Assembly: GCA_903916255.1 (NCBI GenBank)
Contig: CAIWVW010000090.1
Coordinates: 2,229 to 66,228, forward strand
Reading direction: 5' to 3'
From: an uncultured Bacteroidota bacterium
GTDB lineage: Bacteria > Bacteroidota > Bacteroidia > JABEUT01
Length of the DNA: 64,000 bases
The notes beneath the pieces are model-generated. The model ran no database searches. It worked only from the letters and a program-made list of their open reading frames with translations, and was not told where the DNA came from. Position 1 is the first letter of the stretch. The number at the start of each line of letters is the position of its first letter. Of the stretch, positions 38,150 to 47,395 are shown piece by piece. Position numbers and translations under genes: made by a program.

Positions 38150-40093
38150 TTAGTTTTTCGCAGCATTCACAACATTCAGGCTGAATCCGGGAATAGCAAG
38201 TTCAGCATAATTCTTTTTATAAGGGTCAAAATAATTGATGCTTGCAGCAGGGACAGCCCAAGTACCCCTTTCCTGTGGAATCAATACATAATGAAAAGTG
38301 CGGTTGCTAAGAACAAGACCATCTTCCGTTTCATAGGTACTGTCGGAAAAGGTTGGGGGAAGCGGTTTTATAGTATCGGAAAACTGATAAGGAATGGAAG
38401 TTAATACTTTCAAATTTCCATTCCCGATAAGGGTAACTTTCAAATGAACAGAATCCCCGGGTTTTACAATATCTTCTTCCAATGAAACATTCACCTTAAA
38501 ATGACCAACCAAACCTGAAAATGATTTATAGGTAGGAGGGAGGGGATTAACCTGAAGGGTTGGGCGGTCGCTAATAATGTAATATGAATACCGCTTGTAA
38601 CTTGCTCCAAAAAACTGTTCGAAAAAGTTTTTTGATACGAGAGGTTTATCCAGAATAAAAATAGCTGTATCGGCATCTATCTTTAAACTTCCTGAACGTT
38701 TTGGGTAAATGGATTTAAGTATAATTGAAGCGGTTTTAAATGCTTTATGGTTAATAGAGTCTTTGCTTGTTTGTAGTTGTCCATCAGGCATCCGTATATT
38801 GGAGAATGTGAAGTTTTTAGATTCTCTGAATTTTTTAAATTGTAAGGTTTCTATGTTAAACCGGGTGAAAATTTTAGCGTTGAGCACTATTTGCTCACCT
38901 TCATAGACCGTGGTTTTATCAGGGATAACTTTTAAAAAGAGGTTTTGTTTTACACTATCACTTGGCGCCTCCGGATGCGCAATAAGTGTATGTACGCTTG
39001 CCGTATCCTTAGTATCGTTTTCTCCTTGCTTTGTAATTTGTGCAGGTAAGTTATATACCTTCCTTATAGAATCAACTATGTGGATGTTTTTAGCCGTAGC
39101 TTTTACAACCGGAATGGTAACGGTATTGGATGATATAGTTCTGTCTCCAAGTTGTATGGTAGCTGGTTCTAACGTAAATGTACCTGTTGTTTTTGGTGTG
39201 AGGAAATAGGAATATGTTACAGTTTCGGAATAGGTTCCGTTTATATAATTCGCGCTGGAACTTTGCTCCGGCCCAATGAAATCGAATCCTTCAAATGAGG
39301 GAGGGGTGAAATTAATACCCTTGCTGTTGTTAAATGTAAAGTCCACTAAAAACTGCTGCCCAGCCACCACCAAACTTGATTCAACTTTGGCTTTGAGCAT
39401 CGGTTCTTCTGTACTTATAGTATTAATTGCAGGAGCATAATTGTGATTGGTATTATTTGTTTTTCCGGCAACAGGGTGTTCCAGTTTTTCTTTCATTTCT
39501 GTAGCTTCGCGGTAGCCGGGTTTCAGTTCAATGGCTTTGTTGCAATCATCAATGGCTAAACTGTTCTTAGCTATCCATTTATATTCAATGGCTCTGTTAT
39601 AATAAAGTACTGCGCTGGCCGGCTGCAGGTTAATAGCCTCGGTAATGTCTTTAATAGCGCCGTAATGGTCTTTCTGGCGCGATTTGCAAATGCCCCTTAA
39701 ATTATAAAACTCTCCGTAATCTGATTTCAATTCGATTGCTTTTGAAAAGTCATCGATGGCCTCTGCATAGTTTTTCCGGCCATATTTTATTTGACCCCGG
39801 CCGAAAAAAGCCCAAACAGCTTTTGGTTTAAGCGCTATGGCATGGGTATAATCCAGCAGCGCATTGTCAGAATCATGAAAAGCGGCCAGTTCCATATCTG
39901 CTTTGCCCTTCCAGGCGCGGGAAGAATCGGGATATTGTTCTACCGCAATCCTGAACTTTTCGTAGGATTCATTATAGTTATTGCTGCGCTCCAAATCCCA
40001 GGATTGCTGTACTATATCTGCTTGCGAATAGGCAGACAAACAGCAGAGTATTAAGGCGAGAATAAGAAATGTTTTTTTGCTTTTGAAGTGCAT
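38150..40093 (-). CDS. Secreted TPR-repeat protein with BatD-like (oxygen-tolerance family) C-terminal domains
   Basis: Four or five TPRs sit N-terminally (AIALKPKAVWAFFGRGQIKYGRKNYAEAIDDFSKAIELK...). The BatD-like patterns QSSSANYINGTYSETVTYSYFLTPKTTGTFTLEPATIQLG and HFKVNVSLEEDIVKPGDSVHLKVTLIGNGNLKVL follow. It lies 9 bp upstream of the exonuclease gene. Confidence 0.45.
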   Translation of the reverse strand: MHFKSKKTFLILALILCCLSAYSQADIVQQSWDLERSNNYNESYEKFRIAVEQYPDSSRAWKGKADMELAAFHDSDNALLDYTHAIALKPKAVWAFFGRGQIKYGRKNYAEAIDDFSKAIELKSDYGEFYNLRGICKSRQKDHYGAIKDITEAINLQPASAVLYYNRAIEYKWIAKNSLAIDDCNKAIELKPGYREATEMKEKLEHPVAGKTNNTNHNYAPAINTISTEEPMLKAKVESSLVVAGQQFLVDFTFNNSKGINFTPPSFEGFDFIGPEQSSSANYINGTYSETVTYSYFLTPKTTGTFTLEPATIQLGDRTISSNTVTIPVVKATAKNIHIVDSIRKVYNLPAQITKQGENDTKDTASVHTLIAHPEAPSDSVKQNLFLKVIPDKTTVYEGEQIVLNAKIFTRFNIETLQFKKFRESKNFTFSNIRMPDGQLQTSKDSINHKAFKTASIILKSIYPKRSGSLKIDADTAIFILDKPLVSKNFFEQFFGASYKRYSYYIISDRPTLQVNPLPPTYKSFSGLVGHFKVNVSLEEDIVKPGDSVHLKVTLIGNGNLKVLTSIPYQFSDTIKPLPPTFSDSTYETEDGLVLSNRTFHYVLIPQERGTWAVPAASINYFDPYKKNYAELAIPGFSLNVVNAAKN

Positions 40094-40171
40094 ATGGATT
40101 TATACCACACAAAGCTAAGAAAAACGATTATAAGCAATATGATACAAATCGCATTGTATAGCTTATATCTC

Positions 40172-40825
40172 TTAAAGCGGGTCTTTCAGGAATTTAATTG
40201 CTTCTTTCGGGTTAGGGGAGGAGAAGACCGTATTTCCGGCGACTAATATATCGGCTCCGCAGCGGAGCAGGGGAAGTGCATTATCTAAATCGACGCCGCC
40301 ATCTATTTCAATTTTAGCTTTGGAACTGCTGTCTATAATCAGTTGTTTCAGTCGTAAAACCTTGTCGAATGTATGTTCAATAAATTTTTGTCCTCCGAAC
40401 CCGGGGTTGACAGACATCACCAATACCACATCCACATCACGAATAATATCTTCCAGGCTATTTATAGGCGTATGGGGGTTAATTGCAACGCCTGCCTTCA
40501 TTCCATGGTGCTTAATAGCCTGAATAGTGCGGTGAAGGTGGTTACATGCTTCATAATGCACATGCAATGCTCCGGCTCCCGCTTTTTTGAAATCTTCGAT
40601 ATAACGGTCGGGCTCAACAATCATCAGATGGACATCAAGCAACTTCTGTGCATGTTTCTGCAAGGCTTTCATAACCGGGAAACCGAAAGAAATATTTGGA
40701 ACAAATACGCCATCCATTACATCCACATGAAAGTAATCAGCTTCGCTTTCGTTAATCAGGTCAATAGCCGCTTTCAGGTGAGCAAAATCAGCTGATAAAA
40801 TGGAGGGGGCAACCATGCAAGGCAT
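40172..40825 (-). CDS. rpe: Ribulose-phosphate 3-epimerase
   Basis: VAPSILSADFAHL...HVDVMDGVFVPNISFG...VHLMIV...GADILVAGNTVF is classic Rpe. Confidence 0.9.
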   Translation of the reverse strand: MPCMVAPSILSADFAHLKAAIDLINESEADYFHVDVMDGVFVPNISFGFPVMKALQKHAQKLLDVHLMIVEPDRYIEDFKKAGAGALHVHYEACNHLHRTIQAIKHHGMKAGVAINPHTPINSLEDIIRDVDVVLVMSVNPGFGGQKFIEHTFDKVLRLKQLIIDSSSKAKIEIDGGVDLDNALPLLRCGADILVAGNTVFSSPNPKEAIKFLKDPL

Positions 40826-40914
40826 AAGGGTAGTTTAAATCGTGAGAAACAAAAGTAAGAAATTTGTAGAGAGTATTGGGTATTGCAGATTGAGAATCGC
40901 CCTTATCTTCAAAA

Positions 40915-42936
40915 TCAATAGGTTGGAGGAGTATCCCCATTGGTGGTTATCACAAATTTATCCAAATCGATTTCACCTTGCAGCGGGCTTATTTTCAAGG
41001 CGTTATTTCCATAGAAATTATAAGTATCGGGCAGCACGACTTTTACCCAATTCCACTTATCTGTTTTAGGTAAACCTGTGCGTTGAGATATTTTGTTGCC
41101 CTTTTCATTATTCATTGCAATAATTATTCCGCCGTTGCCTTTATAGCATACCCACAAATAATGGCTTTTGTTAACCGAATCTCTTTCCCCAAAATGATAG
41201 ATGAATTGCTTGCCCTTTCCTAAATGAACATAAGATATATAGTTAGTATAATCTCCCTCATTAGCGGTTGCCGTAGTGTAGATATCAGCAGAAGCAACTC
41301 CCGAATCTGCTACTTCAGCTTCAAAGTTAAAATCCTTACTCCAATGCTCCGGATGGGCGTTTTCATGCCATTTATCCAATTGGTAGAAAATAGTGCGGTT
41401 ATCGGCAGTTTTTTCATAAATATAAACACTGCCTTGCCTTCTTATTTTAAAAGTTAAGGCATGTCCGTTTATTGTAACCGATACATCTTTCTTTTCAGCT
41501 ATTTCATCCGAATCATTCGAAAATGGCTGATAGGTTCCACATATAACATACTTTTCAGTGTTGTTTTTTTTACGGGCGGTAATTAGAACGTGCTTATCAT
41601 CTGTAGTGTAAGTTATAATAGGTAAAGGTGTTTTATCAAACAGCACATTTCCGTCTTTCAATACGTCTTCAAAGCGGCTGGTTATAGCTTGTGCGTATGC
41701 GGGCATGGCAGCCTGCCATATATAATCGGAAGGGTTGTTAAACGGAGGGCTCAGGTTAAAATAGCCCACGTAATAAAACTCGGCACCTGCAACAGACAAG
41801 CATTTTAGCAAACCCAGCCATTGCCCCGGTGTTATATTTTCATCATCCTTCTTCGACCACCCTGCCGCTACAAACGGGCTGAACAATTTATCGCTGTCGT
41901 CTATTTCGGTGGTTCTTCCATGGTCAATCCAACTCCAGCCATGCCATGCTCCTGTCCAGTCTTTCCAGTTTCTGGGCCATCGCGGGTAAAAATCGGGTGT
42001 GGAATAATAATTATTATCCACTGGAGTCATGCACTTTTTCATAATAGGCCATGAAAAGCGGTCTACAGGCCCGCCTTCAACGGTATAAAAACTAAAAAAT
42101 GTATTTTTAAGTTCAGGCAGTTCCTTCATAAATGCAGCAGAATATACATTGCGCATGTGTAATTTCAGGGTTGATGCAAAGTCATCCCATGAATTTATTT
42201 TCATGGAGTCTTTCATTTTTACCATATAAGGGTCATTCTTCAAATATTCGGCTAAATAGAATCCCGGCGGCTCCTCACCGTTTTCATTTATACGGTCGAT
42301 TGGGCGGTGCAGGCATTTTACTATTTTAGATAAATAGAATTTTTGCACCTCTCCATCTATGTGAATTAGCGAATCGGGAAAGGTGAAACCAATTTCACTG
42401 GCATTGTTTCCACCCCGGGTGTATTTAAATAAATAGGCCGAATCGACCGATGGAGCCATTATCATAGGTTTCATAGGCTTATAGCCTATGTCTCTCGGCC
42501 TGCCTTGTGTCCATAGTAAAATCACATCTAAAGGTACATTAGGGTAAGCGTTTGCCAATTTCAAAATAGCAGGACAAACCGTGTCGGCAGCCCCATTAAA
42601 AAGGGAGCCTGCATTAGGAATAACGATACCATAATTCCAGTTGGTTATTAACTCCTGTTGAATGATGCAGCCGGTATGGTTATACTCTTTTTTTGCAATA
42701 CTATTTTGCCCTCGTCCACCTAAATATTCAGGATTCATCCAGTTAAAGAGGCGCATAAGGTGATTGCCCGGCAGGTAACGCGGCAAGGGATAGCCTTTCA
42801 GTTGATTTAATGGAGTCTCTTCATTGGAAGGATATCCGGTTGGGTATTGCAAAACACTTGGATGGCTTGCCTTATCCTGGCAACTGGAGGTAGAGGCGAT
42901 AAGCAAAAAGAGCAAGAATGACTGATAGAATTTCAT
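40915..42936 (-). CDS. Hypothetical secreted lipoprotein, 673 aa, no family recognised
   Basis: Lipobox ...ASTSSCQDK. Rich in W/Y/N. It could be a carbohydrate-active or binding protein, but I see no signature I can name. Confidence 0.35.
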   Translation of the reverse strand: MKFYQSFLLFLLIASTSSCQDKASHPSVLQYPTGYPSNEETPLNQLKGYPLPRYLPGNHLMRLFNWMNPEYLGGRGQNSIAKKEYNHTGCIIQQELITNWNYGIVIPNAGSLFNGAADTVCPAILKLANAYPNVPLDVILLWTQGRPRDIGYKPMKPMIMAPSVDSAYLFKYTRGGNNASEIGFTFPDSLIHIDGEVQKFYLSKIVKCLHRPIDRINENGEEPPGFYLAEYLKNDPYMVKMKDSMKINSWDDFASTLKLHMRNVYSAAFMKELPELKNTFFSFYTVEGGPVDRFSWPIMKKCMTPVDNNYYSTPDFYPRWPRNWKDWTGAWHGWSWIDHGRTTEIDDSDKLFSPFVAAGWSKKDDENITPGQWLGLLKCLSVAGAEFYYVGYFNLSPPFNNPSDYIWQAAMPAYAQAITSRFEDVLKDGNVLFDKTPLPIITYTTDDKHVLITARKKNNTEKYVICGTYQPFSNDSDEIAEKKDVSVTINGHALTFKIRRQGSVYIYEKTADNRTIFYQLDKWHENAHPEHWSKDFNFEAEVADSGVASADIYTTATANEGDYTNYISYVHLGKGKQFIYHFGERDSVNKSHYLWVCYKGNGGIIIAMNNEKGNKISQRTGLPKTDKWNWVKVVLPDTYNFYGNNALKISPLQGEIDLDKFVITTNGDTPPTY

Positions 42937-42972
42937 CTTTCAAAAATACATAGAATTGGGCAATATGAATAA

Positions 42973-45027
42973 ATGGCTCCGCAAAAGGAACCAATCCATA
43001 AAATAATTATTTTTGGGTCGATGGTTATAAAAGAAAATCCTAAACAATTAATCAGTCTCAACAATGCGCTAATAGCAATTGTTGCTATTACTGTAGCTGC
43101 TTTTATTCCCACTTTCAGCAATAGTTATGTGTTTTGGGACGACCCTGAATACATCCTGCATAACCCATTAATGACCGCTTCGCTTAAAGAAGTATTCACT
43201 ACGCCCTACTTAAGCAATTATCATCCTTTAACCATTCTTGTTTATACGCTCGAACACCATTTGTGGAGTTCAAATCTGCTCGGCTACCATTGCGTGAGCC
43301 TTTTTTTACATATATGTAACAGCTTATTGGTTTTCTTTTTTATTTACTATCTGTTGAACAAAAAAAACATATTGATTCCGCTTGGCACTGCGCTTCTTTT
43401 TTCTATTCACCCCATGCATGTGGAATCGGTAGCTTGGGCTTCGGAACTGAAAGATGTGCTTTATAGCTTTTTCTTTCTTGGGGCGTTAGTTTGTTATGTG
43501 TTGTATATGCAAAACAACAGGCAATTAAAATACTTGTTTTATGCTTTTACTTTATTCCTGCTTTCCCTTATTTCTAAAGGGCAAGCGGTAACTTTGCCAT
43601 TGTGTTTCCTATTGGTTGATTATTTCCTGAACCGGAAACTATCCTATAAAATACTTCTCGATAAAATACCCTTCTTTGCCTTGTCGGTAATATTCGGGCT
43701 GCTGGCAATAAAATTCCAGGGGCCTGAAGAAATCCACAATAATTCAGAATATTTCCAGCGTTTTTTATGGGGAGGATATGGGTTAAGCCTTTACCTGTAT
43801 AAGTTTATTTTACCTATACATTTATCCGGCTTGTATCCCTATCCATTAAACCCTGACAGGTCAATGCCAACCTTCGTTTATATTATCCCAATTTTCACAA
43901 CTACACTCTTAATTTTCCTTTTCTGGTTCTTCCGGAAAAATAAGTTTGTACTATTTGGCCTGCTTTTTTTCCTCGCCAATATTTTTACACTCTTAAAGTT
44001 TATCCCTGTTGGCGATGCCATTGTAGCAGACAGGTACAGCTATATTCCTTACATAGGCCTGTTTTTTGTAGTTGCCTATGGCTTCCATAAGCTACTGAAT
44101 AACCCAAAATATAAAGCTTCTAAAAATGCTATTCGGTATGGTGGCATTGCTATTATACTGCTACTTTCCTCATTAACATGGGCAAGGGTATCTGTATGGA
44201 AAGATACATTTTCATTTTGGGGAGATGCCATAAAAAAGAATGCAACCTATTGGAGGCCCTATTACTGCATTGGGCAGGAATATTACGACCATGATAATTT
44301 TCCGCAAGCTGTTCAATATTTTACAGGAGCTATCAAAAACGATAGATTTTGTCCGCCTTTGGTCTATATGTGGAGAGGGGTAACCTATATGGAGCAATTG
44401 CACAATGTGGATTCTGCCCTGGTTGACTTTAAAAAAGTGCTTGATTTTCCCAATAAACAAGACCCCTCTCAAATACAGGGCAGGTTAAATTTAGGATTAG
44501 CCTATTACCGGAAAAACATGTTCGATTCGGCCCTGAAGGTATATAGCGAACTGATTACAATGGACCCGCAGCAACCGACTGCTTATTTTCAGCGCGGGCT
44601 TGTTTATCAATACAGCAAAACACCACAGCCTGAATTGGCACTTGCCGATTACAGCAAAGCAATAGAAATGAACCCAAATTATACTATGGCATATTTAAAC
44701 CGGGGTTCACTCTATGTCGACTTATTAAATAAATATGATTTGGCTATTGCCGATTTTAATAAAACATCGGAACTTGACCCTACCAATACCGATGCAATAG
44801 TAAATAAAGGAATAGCTTATTACCGTAAAGGAGATTTCGATGAAGCACTTAGGATTTACAACTCAGCACCGGGAAATTTGAATGACCATGGAAAAATATT
44901 TTATTTAAAGGCCTTATCTTATGCAGGTAAAAAAGATTATGCCAATGCCATACAAAATGCGGAAACAGCGCAAAAAATGGGACTGGGAATAGACCCTTCC
45001 ATTCTTCAACAGTGGAAATCGAAATAA
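42973..45027 (+). CDS. TMTC-like membrane protein: polytopic DUF1736/PMT-like N-terminal domain plus C-terminal TPR repeats
   Basis: About 11 predicted TM helices in the first 400 aa, then multiple TPRs (AYFQRGLVYQ, AYLNRGSLYVDLLNKYDLAIADFNKTSELDP, and others). The architecture matches TMTC/ArnT-like glycosyltransferases. Confidence 0.5.
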   Translation: MAPQKEPIHKIIIFGSMVIKENPKQLISLNNALIAIVAITVAAFIPTFSNSYVFWDDPEYILHNPLMTASLKEVFTTPYLSNYHPLTILVYTLEHHLWSSNLLGYHCVSLFLHICNSLLVFFFIYYLLNKKNILIPLGTALLFSIHPMHVESVAWASELKDVLYSFFFLGALVCYVLYMQNNRQLKYLFYAFTLFLLSLISKGQAVTLPLCFLLVDYFLNRKLSYKILLDKIPFFALSVIFGLLAIKFQGPEEIHNNSEYFQRFLWGGYGLSLYLYKFILPIHLSGLYPYPLNPDRSMPTFVYIIPIFTTTLLIFLFWFFRKNKFVLFGLLFFLANIFTLLKFIPVGDAIVADRYSYIPYIGLFFVVAYGFHKLLNNPKYKASKNAIRYGGIAIILLLSSLTWARVSVWKDTFSFWGDAIKKNATYWRPYYCIGQEYYDHDNFPQAVQYFTGAIKNDRFCPPLVYMWRGVTYMEQLHNVDSALVDFKKVLDFPNKQDPSQIQGRLNLGLAYYRKNMFDSALKVYSELITMDPQQPTAYFQRGLVYQYSKTPQPELALADYSKAIEMNPNYTMAYLNRGSLYVDLLNKYDLAIADFNKTSELDPTNTDAIVNKGIAYYRKGDFDEALRIYNSAPGNLNDHGKIFYLKALSYAGKKDYANAIQNAETAQKMGLGIDPSILQQWKSK

Positions 45028-45130
45028 GATACTAAACCTTGGTATTTTAAGTTTGTGATAAAGAACATATAGTCAATTACAAATAATTCGTAATTTTGAT
45101 GAATTACTGTTATCGCAATAAACCCAGCCT

Positions 45131-46048
45131 ATGAAAGTTGAAATTAAAAGAATACTTGTGCCTACCGATTTTTCGGAAACAAGCAATTATGCTGTTACTA
45201 AGGCCTGCCGCATGGCTTCAAGGCTGAGCGCAAAGCTTTACATAATACATGTATTGGAAAGTTCTCCCTACAAACTGGTGCAATCGGATGAAAACCCCAA
45301 GGAGAAGGTGGTTTACCAGAAAAATATAATGGACAGGCTTGAAAAACTCTCTACATCAATTAGCGAAGAATATAATATTGAAGTAAGTACCCTGATTGGC
45401 GAAGCAAAAGTTACAGATGCAATTGAAGAAGCTATTCGGGATAATAAAATAGACCTGATTGTAATGGGTACCAGCGGTGCCAGCGGAATGCGCGAGTTTT
45501 TAATTGGCAGCAATGCCCAACGAATAGTTAACCTTGCCTCCTGTCCGGTTATCACCTTTAGGGTGCCACCGGGTGAAATGGGATTTAAAACCATTGTATT
45601 ACCCGTGGAAGGTTGGAACAGTTCTATTGAAAAGCTGGATTATGTAACAGAAATTGCCAAGCTTTATAATTCTCAGGTGCATTTGTTAGGAATTATAGAA
45701 AGCAGGAAGAAAGCAGATATGAGACAGGTACTTGTGCTGCTTAATGAAGCTGAAAAGTACTTAAAGGAAGCTGGTATCTCTTTCCTTAGGAAAATAATTG
45801 CCAGCGACCAAGTGGCAAAGGAAACTCTAGCCTATGCCGAGGAAATAAAAGCCGACCTTATTATGGTAATGACAGAACATGAATCGAAGCTGCAGACTGC
45901 GCTTGCAGGTATTGTGGCAAAACATATTGCCAATCATTCTGAAATACCTGTAATGAGCATTAAACCGGCCATGTATCACACCGAAAAGGTTTCCATTAAG
46001 CCAAATCCCGTTCATTACAGAAATGAACACTCCAACATAAACGAATAA
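45131..46048 (+). CDS. Universal stress protein (tandem UspA domains)
   Basis: RILVPTDFSETSNYAV...LYIIHVLE plus a second Usp repeat VLPVEGWNSS...VHLLGI, with a G-x2-G-x9-G(S/T) ATP motif region GTSGASGMREFLIGSNAQ. Confidence 0.8.
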   Translation: MKVEIKRILVPTDFSETSNYAVTKACRMASRLSAKLYIIHVLESSPYKLVQSDENPKEKVVYQKNIMDRLEKLSTSISEEYNIEVSTLIGEAKVTDAIEEAIRDNKIDLIVMGTSGASGMREFLIGSNAQRIVNLASCPVITFRVPPGEMGFKTIVLPVEGWNSSIEKLDYVTEIAKLYNSQVHLLGIIESRKKADMRQVLVLLNEAEKYLKEAGISFLRKIIASDQVAKETLAYAEEIKADLIMVMTEHESKLQTALAGIVAKHIANHSEIPVMSIKPAMYHTEKVSIKPNPVHYRNEHSNINE

Positions 46049-46070
46049 CTAGGCTTTTAGCCGATAGCTT

Positions 46071-46520
46071 CTACATATTCGAGAAGGAGCCATTGCTTAC
46101 AGATACTGTTCCTCCACCTTGGGTGGGGGTTGTTTCAACCGCATTAAAATAGAATGTACCATTATAAAGGCCATTGCTTCCTTGCGTAACTACCGCCTGA
46201 CCAATATACGTTGAACTTGTGCTGTAACTGGCAAAGTTATTGCCAACCGTAGCGTAAAAATTAGTAGAAGGGTCTCCGAGATAATATGTTCCGCCACCGC
46301 CACCATTTAATTTCAGGTAAAGTTGAACAGTATTAGAACTGCTGCTTCCGGTCATTACAATAAGTCCGTTGGTGTTAGTGAAACTGGCAGATAAACTTAC
46401 TGTTCCCGACCCTAAATCGGCGCTCATGGAAGATGATGGAGTACTCGAACTTTCGCTCTTATTGCAGGAAAACAATACCCCTGTCAGCAAAACAAGTGTA
46501 ATAATTTTTCGTGTTTTCAT
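46071..46520 (-). CDS. Hypothetical S/T/G-rich lipoprotein
   Basis: Lipobox LFSC followed by a low-complexity body. Confidence 0.3.
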   Translation of the reverse strand: MKTRKIITLVLLTGVLFSCNKSESSSTPSSSMSADLGSGTVSLSASFTNTNGLIVMTGSSSSNTVQLYLKLNGGGGGTYYLGDPSTNFYATVGNNFASYSTSSTYIGQAVVTQGSNGLYNGTFYFNAVETTPTQGGGTVSVSNGSFSNM

Positions 46521-46557
46521 ATTGCAAAGGTAGGAAAAAGTAAGGAATTAAAACAGC

Positions 46558-47055
46558 TTATAACTTCCCTTCAAAAGCATATACCACTGCAATTGCGACC
46601 ACTGTGCCGTATGCAGCCACGCCCAGCAGTTGTCCTATTGTAGCTGCATCAAACCGGAAACCCTTTCCGGGAATCATAATAGTGTAGGTTGTAATATCCA
46701 CATTTTTCAAAATGGTTGCATTCAGTTCGGTATTCAGTTCGGCTTTTGTGTAAATATTAAGGTCATGCTTATGTTTCCGCATTTGCTTTTTTGTTTGCGG
46801 GTTTTTAATTTCCGCAATGGCAGCAGGGTCGCGTAATTGCGTAACAACGCCTTTAATACCCGTAACTGAAACTTTTGCGTTATCTACCTTGTAGGTATCG
46901 GTTGCGTCGTGAATGTATATATTATAACTGTCCAGCTTATCACTCACCTTGTCGAAATCTTTATACTTGTAATGCATAACCTCGTATGACTGACAAGAGG
47001 AAAAAACAGAAAGTATTATAAAAAACAGGGAAATTGATTTGACAGAAAACTTCAT
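46558..47055 (-). CDS. Hypothetical lipoprotein with C-terminal TM helix
   Basis: Lipobox VFSSC and a C-terminal hydrophobic stretch LLGVAAYGTVVAIAVVYAF. Confidence 0.3.
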   Translation of the reverse strand: MKFSVKSISLFFIILSVFSSCQSYEVMHYKYKDFDKVSDKLDSYNIYIHDATDTYKVDNAKVSVTGIKGVVTQLRDPAAIAEIKNPQTKKQMRKHKHDLNIYTKAELNTELNATILKNVDITTYTIMIPGKGFRFDAATIGQLLGVAAYGTVVAIAVVYAFEGKL

Positions 47056-47178
47056 GAAAGAAACATTTAAAATAGACTATTTACTCATTGAGCGCACTAA
47101 AGTATGAAATATCTGAAGATGAATTAGGGTATATTTTATGTGATTTACGCGCAAATGCATGATATATTGTGCATCCGC

Positions 47179-47204
47179 AAAAATATAAGCCCCGGTTTCG
47201 GGGC
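47179..47204 (-). terminator. Hairpin terminator downstream of tRNA-Met
   Basis: gccccg-gttt-cggggc on the plus strand. On the minus strand it is followed by ttatattttt. Confidence 0.45.
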
Positions 47205-47212
47205 TTATTTAG

Positions 47213-47284
47213 TAGCGGGGGCTGGATTCGAACCAACGACTTTTGGGTTATGAGCCCAACGAGCTACCTCTGCTCTACCCCGCA
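47213..47284 (-). tRNA. tRNA-Met (anticodon CAT), probably initiator tRNA-fMet
   Basis: Reverse complement reads tgcgggg-ta-gagc-agaggta-gctc-g-ttggg-ctCATaa-cccaa-aagtc-gttgg-ttcgaat-ccagc-ccccgct-a. It is near-identical in layout to E. coli tRNA-fMet, including the three G:C pairs in the anticodon stem. Positions 1:72 are unpaired (U.U). Confidence 0.8.
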
Positions 47285-47395
47285 ATATTTTTTTAAAGGG
47301 TTGCAAAGATAGGATTATTTTTCCATTGGTGGTTTTATTTAATGAATAGTGCATTTTTTTATTCGCCTTGCTTTCTTCAACAGCTACTGGAGTTT

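Noticed and set aside
38144-38404. 86-aa plus-strand ORF overlapping the 3' end of the TPR/BatD-like gene
   Set aside because: It is fully antisense to a longer ORF with a domain-level match, and has no features of its own.
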